In this document: piece after piece, positions 1-9,510 of the stretch | How the letters are laid out: every line of letters starts with the position of its first letter | Position numbering within the stretch: the stretch's first letter is position 1 | Source of the DNA: Bacteroidaceae bacterium | GTDB lineage: Bacteria > Bacteroidota > Bacteroidia > Bacteroidales > Bacteroidaceae | Direction of reading: 5' to 3' | DNA length: 64,000 bases | NCBI GenBank assembly: GCA_021443415.1 | Contig: JABUTZ010000002.1 | Location: forward strand, 31,534 to 95,533 | Notes under the pieces: generated by a model | The model's database searches: none | What the model saw: the letters and a program-made list of their open reading frames with translations, nothing else | What the model was told of the DNA's origin: nothing | Made by a program: the position numbers and the translations under genes

Positions 1-2
1 CC

Positions 3-179
3 GTCGTTATCCGTGGCAGCTACGAGGTGTTGCCGCGCCAGAAAGGTTTCTGGTTTGTCAGGTGGCACCGCCTGCGCATGGACATTCTCAAGCCCATCGC
101 CCACGAGGGGCTGACCGCCGACGAACTGCGTCAGCGTTCGTTCTCGATCATCTCCAATTTCTTGAGTGCCAACTCGTGA
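3..179 (+). CDS. 3' end of a gene truncated by the window edge, possibly a PlsC-type acyltransferase C-terminus
   Basis: Frame 3 is open from the window edge to TGA at 177-179 (VVIRGSYEVLPRQKGFWFVRWHRLRMDILKPIAHEGLTADEL...). It has only a loose resemblance to lysophospholipid acyltransferase C-termini. It is absent from the ORF track because no start lies in the window. Confidence 0.3.
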   Translation, partial: VVIRGSYEVLPRQKGFWFVRWHRLRMDILKPIAHEGLTADELRQRSFSIISNFLSANS

Positions 180-2797
180 ACGGCGAGCCTCTGGTCGATA
201 CGTGCGACTGAAAGCAGGAGTTCCATCCGCTGGGCGATCAATTTCTCGCGTTGCTGGTCAGACATCTCCTTCGCTCCACCCTCCTCCATCGTCATCAGAC
301 GGGCATTTGCATCTGCCTCCTCAAGGCGCGACAGTTCGTGGGCAAGGCGAGCCTTGTAGATTTCTCCACGCAGGAGGTGCCAGTCGGTACCGGGCGCAAA
401 CAGTTCGTCCAGTTCGTCGATGCGGCACGGCGGGTTGCCCGCCATGCGGAACTTGTACATCCAGTCGTCCAGTTTCGTCCTCGCATCGCCCACCTCGGCG
501 GTGACATGGTCGAAGGCCTCAGCCATCGCGCCCTCGCGACCGCGCATGAACTCATGCTCGGCACCCGTCCTCATCGCCTCAGTCACCGACTTCAACAACG
601 ACTCGCGAGCCTCAAGGGCCTTGACGCGTGCCTCGTCATAAACCTGATGCACGGTGCGTCCGCCAAACAGACGTCCGCTGAGCGACTCCAGGTCTCCTGT
701 CATCTCTCCCATGCGTTGCATGCGCACGAGGAATTTCTGCCTGATCATTTCGATGTCGGCAACCACACCCTCACAGATATCGATGCCCACCTTCAGTTCA
801 GCCTCCTTGCGCTCGTCGTCGGCGACAACCGCCAAGAGTCGTTTCCACTCATCGTGGCGGTGCAGCATCTCCGACTTGAACGTATCGGCAGATGCCAGAT
901 AGCGTGTGTGCCAGTCGATGGAGTTCATGGCTGAGTCTATCAGCTTATACTCGCTTTGATACTCCGCGTCGCAGTCTGCCAGCAGGTGACGGCGGATGTC
1001 CAACGAGGCGGTCATCACCTGACAACTGGTGTTTGTCTCGATGAGGGCCGAATGGAGGTCCTGACGCTCGTTTTCGATGCCGTCGGCCTCCGTCTGGCGC
1101 GCATTGATTTCTCGCTGATGGAAGTTGTAGGTCTCAAGTCGCTTCGCCGCATCGCGCTCGTCACGCACCGAGGCCTCGATGAGTCCGCGTATGGTCATCA
1201 TGCGGGAGTCGGCATACACATTCGGCTGAAAACCGGAGAGCGAGAGGTCGAGGGCGGCATACTCAGCCCATTTCTTCTCCATCTCCGACAACCGACGCAC
1301 GTCGGCTGTCAGCTCTTCCGACAGAACACCGGCCACGGCTTGGTCTGCCGCTGTCTCCAACTGGAGCGAGAGCAGTGAGGAGCGAGCTCCGCGCAGTTCC
1401 ATCTCCAACTTCTCCACCTCTCCTTTCCAGATGCCTATCAGTCGGTCTTGCTCGATGATGGTGTCGCTGTGGAACGGGTGGTTGAGCGCTCCGCATACGG
1501 TGCATGCCTCTCCCTCGCGCAAGTCGGCTCGCAGATGGATGACGTTTTGTCCCTTCGACAGCGTGTAGTCATACCGACGGCGCTCGGTGTCAGCCGACAA
1601 CTGCTTGACTCGCTGTTCCATAGCCGCTGTCTCTGCCACGTTGCGTTCGATTTTCTGGCGCAGGGCGAGCGATTGGTGGCGGCGCGCATCGATTGTGTTC
1701 TGCAGTTCGCATGCGGCTCGCCAAAGGCCTTCCGCCTCGATGAGCAGTTGCCTGCGAGTCCTCAGCTCCATCACGTCCATCTGCAGTCGCTGACCGTCGA
1801 TGCCGCGGTTTGCCTCGCGATGGCGTTCCACCTCTGCATGCAGGGCGGCAAGACGTGTCTCCAAATCCTGGTCGCGGGCGAAGAGCGATGCCAATCGTTC
1901 GTTCAAGTCTATCTGTTTCAGCCTTATACGTCCTGTCTCTTCCTTGATTGCCTGTCTACGGGCATCTATCGACGAGAGTTTGTCGATGCGCACCAGCAAA
2001 GCCGCCGTACGCTCGATTGTGTCGCGATTGGCTTCCAACGGATTCAGCAGGCTTCTGTTGGCCGTCAGGCGTGAGGAGATGTCACGCATGCGTGCTTCAA
2101 GGTCATCGCGCATCGAACGATAGCGCTTCAGTTCCTCGTCGACGGCGGCAAGGGCATCCGCCATCACCGCCATGTCCTCGCGCAGAGCGGCAAGCGAACC
2201 TTCTGTCTTGTAGCCTGTTGCCAGTTCCTCCTCCTTCAGTGCCAACTGGCGGTCCGCCTCCATCGACACCGTGCGTGCCGTGTCCATCTCCATCATTGCC
2301 TTGTCCGCGGCTATGCGCAGCGAGCGCAACGTCTCCTTCAGACCCGACGACCAGTCTCGCTGGCGCGCCATGTCGGTCATGCGTGTCTGCAGGCGGAAAT
2401 AGAGGGGCAGTGCGTCCTCGCAGGCGTCAAAACGCAAGAGCCGCTGTTCGTCGTTGCGCATCGCCGCCAGTGTCTTGCCACGCTCGTACATCACGGCGCG
2501 GAGGCTCTCCAGACGAGCACGCAGATTGACATACTCATTGTGCAAGTGGGTGCGCTCGTTCGCCGTATCGAGCTCATGTTGAAGCGACTCGACGCGGAGC
2601 AGAGCCAGTCTGCGTTGCTCGTGCAACTGGCGCAACTCGTCAGCCGTCAGCACGTCCGCCTGGGCGTCGCGCTGGGCGAACTCCCGACGGATTTCCTTGG
2701 TATCAACGGTTGGCTGGGGAGCGGGTGCTTCACTATTATTCTCCGGGTGCCAGAGCACAGGCTCCGGCTCAGTATGTTTTTTCCAAAAGAGTGGCAT
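131..2797 (-). CDS. SbcC/Rad50-like zinc-hook coiled-coil protein lacking ATPase head domains
   Basis: ORF 131..2899 trimmed to the ATG at 2797, because a TAACTTTG -7 box (2825..2832, minus) lies inside the longer ORF. The sequence is E/R/L/A/Q-rich coiled coil throughout. A central EGEACTVCGALNHPFH resembles the SbcC CPLCGSxxHP hook. I saw no Walker A, ABC signature or Walker B motif. Confidence 0.6.
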   Translation of the reverse strand: MPLFWKKHTEPEPVLWHPENNSEAPAPQPTVDTKEIRREFAQRDAQADVLTADELRQLHEQRRLALLRVESLQHELDTANERTHLHNEYVNLRARLESLRAVMYERGKTLAAMRNDEQRLLRFDACEDALPLYFRLQTRMTDMARQRDWSSGLKETLRSLRIAADKAMMEMDTARTVSMEADRQLALKEEELATGYKTEGSLAALREDMAVMADALAAVDEELKRYRSMRDDLEARMRDISSRLTANRSLLNPLEANRDTIERTAALLVRIDKLSSIDARRQAIKEETGRIRLKQIDLNERLASLFARDQDLETRLAALHAEVERHREANRGIDGQRLQMDVMELRTRRQLLIEAEGLWRAACELQNTIDARRHQSLALRQKIERNVAETAAMEQRVKQLSADTERRRYDYTLSKGQNVIHLRADLREGEACTVCGALNHPFHSDTIIEQDRLIGIWKGEVEKLEMELRGARSSLLSLQLETAADQAVAGVLSEELTADVRRLSEMEKKWAEYAALDLSLSGFQPNVYADSRMMTIRGLIEASVRDERDAAKRLETYNFHQREINARQTEADGIENERQDLHSALIETNTSCQVMTASLDIRRHLLADCDAEYQSEYKLIDSAMNSIDWHTRYLASADTFKSEMLHRHDEWKRLLAVVADDERKEAELKVGIDICEGVVADIEMIRQKFLVRMQRMGEMTGDLESLSGRLFGGRTVHQVYDEARVKALEARESLLKSVTEAMRTGAEHEFMRGREGAMAEAFDHVTAEVGDARTKLDDWMYKFRMAGNPPCRIDELDELFAPGTDWHLLRGEIYKARLAHELSRLEEADANARLMTMEEGGAKEMSDQQREKLIAQRMELLLSVARIDQRLAVHELALKKLEMIENER

Positions 2798-2824
2798 AGA
2801 ACGATGCGGTTTTGTTTCAAAGCG

Positions 2825-2832
2825 CAAAGTTA
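2825..2832 (-). promoter_or_regulatory. Bacteroidetes -7 promoter box TAACTTTG for the coiled-coil gene
   Basis: Exact TAnnTTTG match on the minus strand, 28 nt upstream of the ATG at 2797. Confidence 0.55.
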
Positions 2833-2876
2833 CAAAAAAATCAGTTATAGGGGTTGCAAAATATCTCGCTTTTGCG

Positions 2877-2884
2877 TAACTTTG
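2877..2884 (+). promoter_or_regulatory. Bacteroidetes -7 promoter box TAACTTTG for hisS
   Basis: Exact TAnnTTTG match with a TTG about 20 nt upstream (-33-like). It lies 92 nt upstream of the hisS ATG and is back-to-back with the minus-strand box 45 bp away. Confidence 0.55.
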
Positions 2885-2928
2885 CACTCCGAAATCCATT
2901 CACACCTTGTTTATTACCACCTTCGGTA

Positions 2929-2975
2929 CAATAACCCCAAACCCATTAACCCCTTAACCCCAAACCCCCAAAAAA
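2929..2975 (+). promoter_or_regulatory. G-free CA-rich 5' leader of hisS containing CAATAACCCCAAACCC
   Basis: The 47 nt immediately before the ATG contain no G. The 16-mer recurs with one extra C before pyrB (39027..39043, minus). Confidence 0.5.
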
Positions 2976-4325
2976 ATGACCAAGCCAAGCATTCCCAAGG
3001 GTACACGCGACTTCGGTGCCACCGAGATGGCTCGCCGCAACTACATATTCAACACAATAGCAAGCGTCTATCGCCTGTATGGCTTCCGCCAGATTGAGAC
3101 CCCCGCGATGGAAAACCTCAGCACCCTGATGGGCAAGTACGGCGAAGAGGGCGACAAACTGCTCTTCAAAATCCTCAACTCGGGCGATTTTCTCAAGGGC
3201 ATCAAGCCCGAAGAGCTCGGCGAGGCCACCGGCCATCTCGCGGCTCAATTGTGCGAGAAAGGACTGCGCTACGACCTCACGGTGCCTTTCGCCCGCTATG
3301 TCGTCCAGCACCGCGACGAACTTACGCTCCCCTTCCGCCGCTACCAGATTCAGCCCGTGTGGCGTGCCGACCGTCCGCAGCGCGGCCGCTATCGCGAGTT
3401 CTATCAGTGCGACGCCGATGTGGTGGGCAGCGACTCTCTGCTCTGCGAGGTGGAACTGATGCGCATCGTCGATACCGTCTTCAGCCGCTTCGGCATCCGC
3501 GTGGCGGTGAAAATCAACAACCGCAAGATTCTCTCCGGCATAGCCGAGATGATTGGCGCGCCCGACAAGATTATCGACATCACGGTGGCTATCGACAAGC
3601 TCGACAAGATTGGCCTCGACAAGGTGAACGCTGAGTTGGCGGATGCCGGACTGCCGCAGGAGGCTATCGATAAACTCCAGCCAATCATAAAGTTGGAGGG
3701 AACAGTTGAAGAGAAACTCGAGACCATGCGCAGCCTGCTCGCCGAGAGCGAGACGGGACTGAAGGGTCTTGAGGAGGTGAAGTTTGTGCTCGACACCCTG
3801 GCTCAAGGCGAGTCAACCAACACGTTCGAACTCGACCTCACCCTCGCCCGCGGACTGAACTACTACACGGGATGCATCTTCGAGGTGAAGGCACTCGACG
3901 TGCAGATGGGTAGCATCACGGGCGGCGGTCGCTACGACAACCTGACAGGCATCTTTGGCATGCCGGGACTGAGCGGCGTGGGCATCTCGTTCGGTGCCGA
4001 CCGCATCTACGACGTGCTCGAGGAACTCAACCTCTACCCCGCCGACACGACCACGACCACCCAGGTGCTGTTCGTCAACTTCGGCGAGAAGGAGGCGACC
4101 TACTGCATGAAGGCGGCGGACGAACTGCGCTCACGCGGCATCGCCTGCGAGGTCTATCCCGATGCCGCCAAGATGAAGAAACAGATGTCCTATGCCAACG
4201 CGCTCGCCATTCCCTATGTTGTCATAGCCGGCGAAACGGAGATGGCTAACGGCGAATACACCGTCAAAAACATGCTGACGGGCGAGCAGACGACGGTGAA
4301 GGGCATTTCGGAGTTCACGTTCTAA
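2976..4325 (+). CDS. hisS: histidine--tRNA ligase
   Basis: 449 aa. The N-terminus KGTRDF...[26 protein letters not shown] and class II motifs ([17 protein letters not shown]) are typical HisS. Confidence 0.95.
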   Translation: MTKPSIPKGTRDFGATEMARRNYIFNTIASVYRLYGFRQIETPAMENLSTLMGKYGEEGDKLLFKILNSGDFLKGIKPEELGEATGHLAAQLCEKGLRYDLTVPFARYVVQHRDELTLPFRRYQIQPVWRADRPQRGRYREFYQCDADVVGSDSLLCEVELMRIVDTVFSRFGIRVAVKINNRKILSGIAEMIGAPDKIIDITVAIDKLDKIGLDKVNAELADAGLPQEAIDKLQPIIKLEGTVEEKLETMRSLLAESETGLKGLEEVKFVLDTLAQGESTNTFELDLTLARGLNYYTGCIFEVKALDVQMGSITGGGRYDNLTGIFGMPGLSGVGISFGADRIYDVLEELNLYPADTTTTTQVLFVNFGEKEATYCMKAADELRSRGIACEVYPDAAKMKKQMSYANALAIPYVVIAGETEMANGEYTVKNMLTGEQTTVKGISEFTF

Positions 4326-4335
4326 CCACGATTTT

Positions 4336-6663
4336 ATGGGACGCAGGATAATTGTCATTTTGCTGGCAATCACGTTCGGCATATCCGCCTTCGGTGTGCT
4401 GAAAGAGAAGGATCTGGACCAGACTCTGCTGGTCCTGAGGTCGGAGTTGCAGACTTACCACAAGGACTTGCGGGCGGCACAGGAGAGGTCCAAGGAACAG
4501 CGGGTCCACCTGCGTGCCATGCTCGACGCCTATCTCGACGAGGCGAACCAGATTTCGCTCATGGTCTATAGCCAGCAGCAAGACTACGTCTTCGACATGA
4601 CCTACGCCTGCCACCAAGCGACCGAACTCTACGACCGCTTCCACTCGCGCCAGATTCCTTTCGACACGCTCAGCGCGCAACTCGACATCGAGGTAGCGCG
4701 CTACAAGGGACTGGTCGCTGTCCTCGCCGACATCAGGACCGACTCAACCGACACGGCGATGACCGCCAGCCGCGAGCGTTGCATCGCCCTCTCGAATGTG
4801 ATTCACCGCGAGTTGGAGTCGCAGCGCGAGGAGCTGCTCAGCCTGCAGGACCAATACAATAAGGTGGACAGCCAGTTGACCGAGCTGAAGGCTTATGCCC
4901 AGGTGCGCTACCGCAACCTGCAGAACGGCATCTTCCGCCAGCGGGGCGAGAGCTACATCAGTCTGCTGCGCAATTTCTATAACAACGCCACCGCATCGGG
5001 TCGCACGATTACGGACAAGTATGCCGAGACAGAGGACGGCGTGCAGTCGCAGTGGCGCGGAACGATCGTGTACATGGTGTTCGCCATCATGTTCTTCTAT
5101 GCCTTGGTTGCCATGCTGATAGGTTGGCTGATATGGCGCTACGCCCTTCCTCGCTTCAAGCGTATAGAGGCGAAATTCGACTCGCCGGTCAACGCCATCC
5201 TGTGCTTTGCCATGGGTACGTTTGCCATTGTCGTGGGCATACTGAACATGGTCATCGACCACAACTTCATCCACTCTGCCAGCGGCTTGCTCGTGCAGTT
5301 CGCCTGGTTGGCGACCGCCATCCAGCTGAGCCTGATCATCCGCATGAAGGACGGCAAGGCGGAGCTCGCGGGCCTGAAAATCTACGCCCCCATGCTTGCG
5401 ATGGGCTTCTTTGTCATCGTGATGCGCGTGATTTTCATCCCCAGCGCCATCATCGCACTCTACTTCCCGCCATTGCTCGTACTCACCGCCATCTGGCAGT
5501 TCATAGCCATCAAGCGCCACGGCGGCGTGATGCCGCGCAGCGACCTCTTCTACGCATGGGTGACTCTCGCTGTCATCATCGCCAGCATCACGCTCGCCAT
5601 GGTGGGACGCACGCTCATGGCTGTCGAGGTGTTCATCTGGTGGATGATGCAGATTACCTGCATACAGACCATCGTGTGCATGTACGACCTTCTGGAGCGA
5701 TACGAGATGCGGTGCCGTGAGCGCGGCGCCACGTTCGCCCAGACGTGGCATATCGACCTTGTCAACCGTGTCCTGCTGCCCGTGACCGGTGTCATGTCCG
5801 TCCTCTTCAGCATCTACTGGAGCGCCGACGTGTTTGACATGACCGACTGGGTCTGGGAGGAGTTCACCGCTCCCGCCATTGACATCGAGGGTGTCATCAC
5901 GTTCAGCCTCGGCCGTCTTTGCACGGTCATCGCGCTCTACTTCATCTTCCGCTACCTCGCCCACCTCGTGCGCGAGTTGCTCCAACTGCGCTATGGCAAC
6001 ACACCCAACGGACAGGGTGCCATCGTCATCGGGCGCAACATCACGAGCATCCTTATCTGGGGCGCATGGCTCATCATCTCGATGCTTACGCTCAACATCG
6101 GCAACTCGTGGGTGCTGGTCATCACGGGCGGTCTCTCGACGGGTATCGGCTTCGCCATGAAGGACACGCTCGAGAATTTCTTCTACGGCGTGAGCCTCAT
6201 GCTCGGACGCCTGCACATCGGCGACATCATCGAGTGCGACGGCGTGCGCGGCACGGTGAGCAACATCTCATACCAGAGCACCATCATCCAGGCATCCGAC
6301 GGCTCGGAGATGGCTTTCCTCAACAGCCAGTTGTTCAGCAAGAACTTCAAGAACATGACCCACAACCACAACCTCGAGCTTGTGGTCATTCCCGTCGGAG
6401 TGGCTTACGGCACCAATGTCGCCCATGTGCGCACGGTGCTTACCGCCGCCCTCGAGCATCTCGACTGCTACGACAAGGCGCGCGGCATCAGCATCGCATT
6501 CCTCGATTTCGGAGCCAGCAGCGTCGACCTTAAGGTCTGCGTCTGGGTGGAGGTGATGCGAAAGGCGGCGTCGGTGGCGCTCATCAAGGAGACCATCTAC
6601 GACACTCTCAACCACGAGAACATCGAGATTCCGTTCCCGCAGCTGGACGTGCATCAAAAATAA
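4336..6663 (+). CDS. large mechanosensitive ion channel (MscS family, MscK-like)
   Basis: 775 aa with an N-terminal signal/coiled-coil region, multiple TM helices and a C-terminal MscS core (GFAMKDTLENFFYGVSLMLGRLHIGDIIECDGVRGTV). It starts 10 nt after hisS. Confidence 0.9.
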   Translation: MGRRIIVILLAITFGISAFGVLKEKDLDQTLLVLRSELQTYHKDLRAAQERSKEQRVHLRAMLDAYLDEANQISLMVYSQQQDYVFDMTYACHQATELYDRFHSRQIPFDTLSAQLDIEVARYKGLVAVLADIRTDSTDTAMTASRERCIALSNVIHRELESQREELLSLQDQYNKVDSQLTELKAYAQVRYRNLQNGIFRQRGESYISLLRNFYNNATASGRTITDKYAETEDGVQSQWRGTIVYMVFAIMFFYALVAMLIGWLIWRYALPRFKRIEAKFDSPVNAILCFAMGTFAIVVGILNMVIDHNFIHSASGLLVQFAWLATAIQLSLIIRMKDGKAELAGLKIYAPMLAMGFFVIVMRVIFIPSAIIALYFPPLLVLTAIWQFIAIKRHGGVMPRSDLFYAWVTLAVIIASITLAMVGRTLMAVEVFIWWMMQITCIQTIVCMYDLLERYEMRCRERGATFAQTWHIDLVNRVLLPVTGVMSVLFSIYWSADVFDMTDWVWEEFTAPAIDIEGVITFSLGRLCTVIALYFIFRYLAHLVRELLQLRYGNTPNGQGAIVIGRNITSILIWGAWLIISMLTLNIGNSWVLVITGGLSTGIGFAMKDTLENFFYGVSLMLGRLHIGDIIECDGVRGTVSNISYQSTIIQASDGSEMAFLNSQLFSKNFKNMTHNHNLELVVIPVGVAYGTNVAHVRTVLTAALEHLDCYDKARGISIAFLDFGASSVDLKVCVWVEVMRKAASVALIKETIYDTLNHENIEIPFPQLDVHQK

Positions 6664-6666
6664 GGT

Positions 6667-8004
6667 CTATGCTTTCAGGCAGGCGTCCAGGTCGCGTTCG
6701 ATCTGCTCTCGGTCCATGTTCTGACCGATGAAGACGATCTTCTGCATGCGGTCGCCGTACGTGTCGTCCCACTCCTCCAGCAACCCCGGTTCTTCCTTGA
6801 AGTACTGCGCCAACTCTTCCTCCGAGGCAGTCGCATACCACATGCCGGCGTCGGTCAGTTTCTTCTGCACTCCCGCCTGCTCGAACATATATGACACGTC
6901 GGGGTCGGTATCGAAATAGCACACTCCCTTGGCCCGGATGATGCTGGGACTCCATTTCATCGCCACGAACTTGTCGAATGCGTGCAGGCTGAAAGGCGGA
7001 CGACGATAATAGACGAACGTGCTTATGCCGTACTCCTCCATGTGGCTGTGCTCATGGTCGTGATGATGGTGATGCCCATGATGTTCATGCTCTCCATGTT
7101 CGTGCTCGTGATGTCCTGCATGCCCGTGATGCTCTTCGTGTTCTTCATGCCCATGGTGTTCGTGTTCATCGCATTCGTGATGCTCATGCTCGTGATGATG
7201 CCCATGGTGATGATGTTCATGCTCTTCCTCCTCATGCTCATGGCGGTGGCGGTCCTGCTCCTCCAAGTCCTTGAGGGGTGTGTTCAGCGCCTCCACCCAA
7301 CCAGCCGACGAGGCGGCGGCGGCCATATTGAAGCGACCGGTGTTGATGATCGACTCCAGCGGCACGTCGGCATAGTCGCACTCGATGATTTCAGCCTTGG
7401 GCTGGAGCGAGCGCACGATGCGGCGAATGCGGCCAAGTTCCTCTGCCGACACCTCGCTCACCTTGTTCAATAGTATGATGTCGCAAAACTCCATCTGCTG
7501 GATGACGAGGCTCTCGATGTCGTCCTCGTCGATGTCATGACGGCGCAGACGGTCACCGCAACCGAACTCCGACGCCATACGCAGGGCATCGACCACAGTC
7601 ACGACGCAGTCGAGACGGGGCGTCCCGTGGTGGTTGTACTTCTCCCCCATCGTCGGTATGGAATAGATGGTGCTGGCGATGGGTGCCGGTTCGCATATGC
7701 CGCTTGCCTCGATGACGATATAGTCAAAGCGGTGGAGGGCAACGATGTCCGCCAACTGCTCCACGAGGTTCATCTTCAGCGAACAGCAGATGCAGCCGTT
7801 CTCCAGTCCGATCAGGCTCTCGTCCTTAAGGTCCACCATTCCGTTCCTCTGCAGCAGGCGCGCATCGATGTTCACCTCACCTATGTCGTTGACGATGACG
7901 GCGAACTTGATGCCTTGCTGGTTGGTGAGAATATGGTTGACGAGGGTTGTCTTGCCGCTGCCGAGATAGCCCGTCAGCAGCAGCACAGGTACTTCGTGTC
8001 TCAT
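6667..8004 (-). CDS. COG0523 (CobW/ZigA-like) GTPase metallochaperone with a very long His-rich insert
   Basis: P-loop GYLGSGKTTLVNHIL, CICCSLK (CxCC) motif, and a His/Glu-rich stretch at residues about 251-321 (nt 7042..7254). Confidence 0.9.
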   Translation of the reverse strand: MRHEVPVLLLTGYLGSGKTTLVNHILTNQQGIKFAVIVNDIGEVNIDARLLQRNGMVDLKDESLIGLENGCICCSLKMNLVEQLADIVALHRFDYIVIEASGICEPAPIASTIYSIPTMGEKYNHHGTPRLDCVVTVVDALRMASEFGCGDRLRRHDIDEDDIESLVIQQMEFCDIILLNKVSEVSAEELGRIRRIVRSLQPKAEIIECDYADVPLESIINTGRFNMAAAASSAGWVEALNTPLKDLEEQDRHRHEHEEEEHEHHHHGHHHEHEHHECDEHEHHGHEEHEEHHGHAGHHEHEHGEHEHHGHHHHHDHEHSHMEEYGISTFVYYRRPPFSLHAFDKFVAMKWSPSIIRAKGVCYFDTDPDVSYMFEQAGVQKKLTDAGMWYATASEEELAQYFKEEPGLLEEWDDTYGDRMQKIVFIGQNMDREQIERDLDACLKA

Positions 8005-9509
8005 AGTTTTATCGTTTTCTTTACAGGTTTCGATTCATTGTGCAGGCGGTCGAGAGCCGTGACGACATACGTGTATTTGGTCGTACCATCGACATAGGGC
8101 AGCTTGTAATACGTGTTCGTTGTCAGCGCCACTATCTTGTCAACGTCCTCAAGGTCAACCTTCTCGCCCTTGTTGAAGCGATAGACGACATACTTGCACG
8201 CACGGTCTTCCTCGCGTTTCGCCTTTGGCTCCGTCCAGAACAACACGTAGCCGTCCGAGGTCAATACCGCCTCCACGCTGCGTACTTTCTTCGGCGCCTT
8301 GTTGTCAATCCACGGCATGAGCGGCTGGAGAGCGGGCGTGCGGTGATAGAATCTCCTGAGATTGGCGGAATAGTCATTGACATGGTCGCAGACCGCCTTC
8401 GCATACCACTGGCAACTGCCGGCTACGTTGGGCAAAGCACGCTGGAGTGTGTACTTAGCCTGCATCTGGTTGACGCTTGGATTGGCGATGTCGGCGAACT
8501 TGACGGTACGCTCCACGTCCTGGCCGATTATGAGCGGACGCTGACCGGCATGGGCGCTCCACCATCTTATCAGCGTGTCGTAGTCTGCCGCCTTGTTGCC
8601 TATCTCCCAGTAGATTTGCGGCACGTTGTAATCCACCCACCCTTTCTCTACCCATAGCAGCACGTCGGCATACAGGTCGTCGTAGTTCTGCAGTCCATTC
8701 GTGCGACTGCCGTCAGGGTCGCTCTTCTGGTTGCGGTAGATGCCGAATGGCGAAACGCCGAACTTGACCCATGGCTTGACGGCGTGCACGGTCTCATACA
8801 GCTGCTGGATAAACTTGTTCACATTGTCGCGACGCCAGTCCCCCACCTCGGCAAATCCACTGCCGTACCTCTCGAATGTCGACTGGTCAGGTATCTGCTT
8901 GCCACCCGAGGGATAAGGATAGAAATAATCGTCGATGTGCAGTCCGTCAACGTCATAGCGCTTCACGATGTCTGCCGCAATGCCGCAGATATAGTCTCGG
9001 TTCTCGGCAAGCCCTGGATCAAAAATATAGATGCCATCGTACTCGAAGCATCGCTCGGGGTGAACGACGGCCGGATGGGTGACTGCCAACTCATTCGTGG
9101 TCTTGGTCTTCGCCCGATAGGGATTGATCCACGCATGGCACTCCATTCCGCGGCGATGGCATTGCTCGACCATCCACTCCAATGGGTCCCAATATGGCTG
9201 TGGCGGTGTGCCTTGCCGCCCCGTGAGGAAACGGCTCCAAGGCTCGATGGCTGAAGCGTAGAGTGCATCGCCCTCAGCGCGCACCTGAAACATGATGACG
9301 TTGATGCCGCACTGCTGGAGATAGTCCAACTGCGACGATAGCGTGCGCTGCATCTCCGTGGTGCCAAGACCGATGAATTGTCCGTTGACACACTGTATCC
9401 ATGCCCCGCGAAACTCACGTTTTGGGTTCTTCTGCGCGTAGGCGGAACACACCGCCACTACTAAAAGCAAAGCTATAACTATGCGTTTCACTTGTCTGAT
9501 ATTATGCAT
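8001..9509 (-). CDS. secreted glycoside-hydrolase-like family 10 (GHL10/YngK-type) protein
   Basis: 502 aa with a signal peptide. REFRGAWIQ...INVIMFQVRAEGDALY...HAWINPY is typical of the GHL10 TIM barrel. Its stop overlaps the COG0523 start (ATGA). Confidence 0.75.
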   Translation of the reverse strand: MHNIRQVKRIVIALLLVVAVCSAYAQKNPKREFRGAWIQCVNGQFIGLGTTEMQRTLSSQLDYLQQCGINVIMFQVRAEGDALYASAIEPWSRFLTGRQGTPPQPYWDPLEWMVEQCHRRGMECHAWINPYRAKTKTTNELAVTHPAVVHPERCFEYDGIYIFDPGLAENRDYICGIAADIVKRYDVDGLHIDDYFYPYPSGGKQIPDQSTFERYGSGFAEVGDWRRDNVNKFIQQLYETVHAVKPWVKFGVSPFGIYRNQKSDPDGSRTNGLQNYDDLYADVLLWVEKGWVDYNVPQIYWEIGNKAADYDTLIRWWSAHAGQRPLIIGQDVERTVKFADIANPSVNQMQAKYTLQRALPNVAGSCQWYAKAVCDHVNDYSANLRRFYHRTPALQPLMPWIDNKAPKKVRSVEAVLTSDGYVLFWTEPKAKREEDRACKYVVYRFNKGEKVDLEDVDKIVALTTNTYYKLPYVDGTTKYTYVVTALDRLHNESKPVKKTIKL

Positions 9510-9510
9510 A

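Noticed and set aside
4744-6216. A 490-aa minus-strand ORF.
   Set aside because: It is antisense to the MscS-family channel gene and has an implausibly charged H/D/G/A-rich composition.
6982-7473. A 163-aa plus-strand ORF that looks like a Met/Val/Phe-rich membrane protein.
   Set aside because: It is the antisense reading of the CAC/CAT/GAG codon run that encodes the His/Glu tract of the COG0523 gene.
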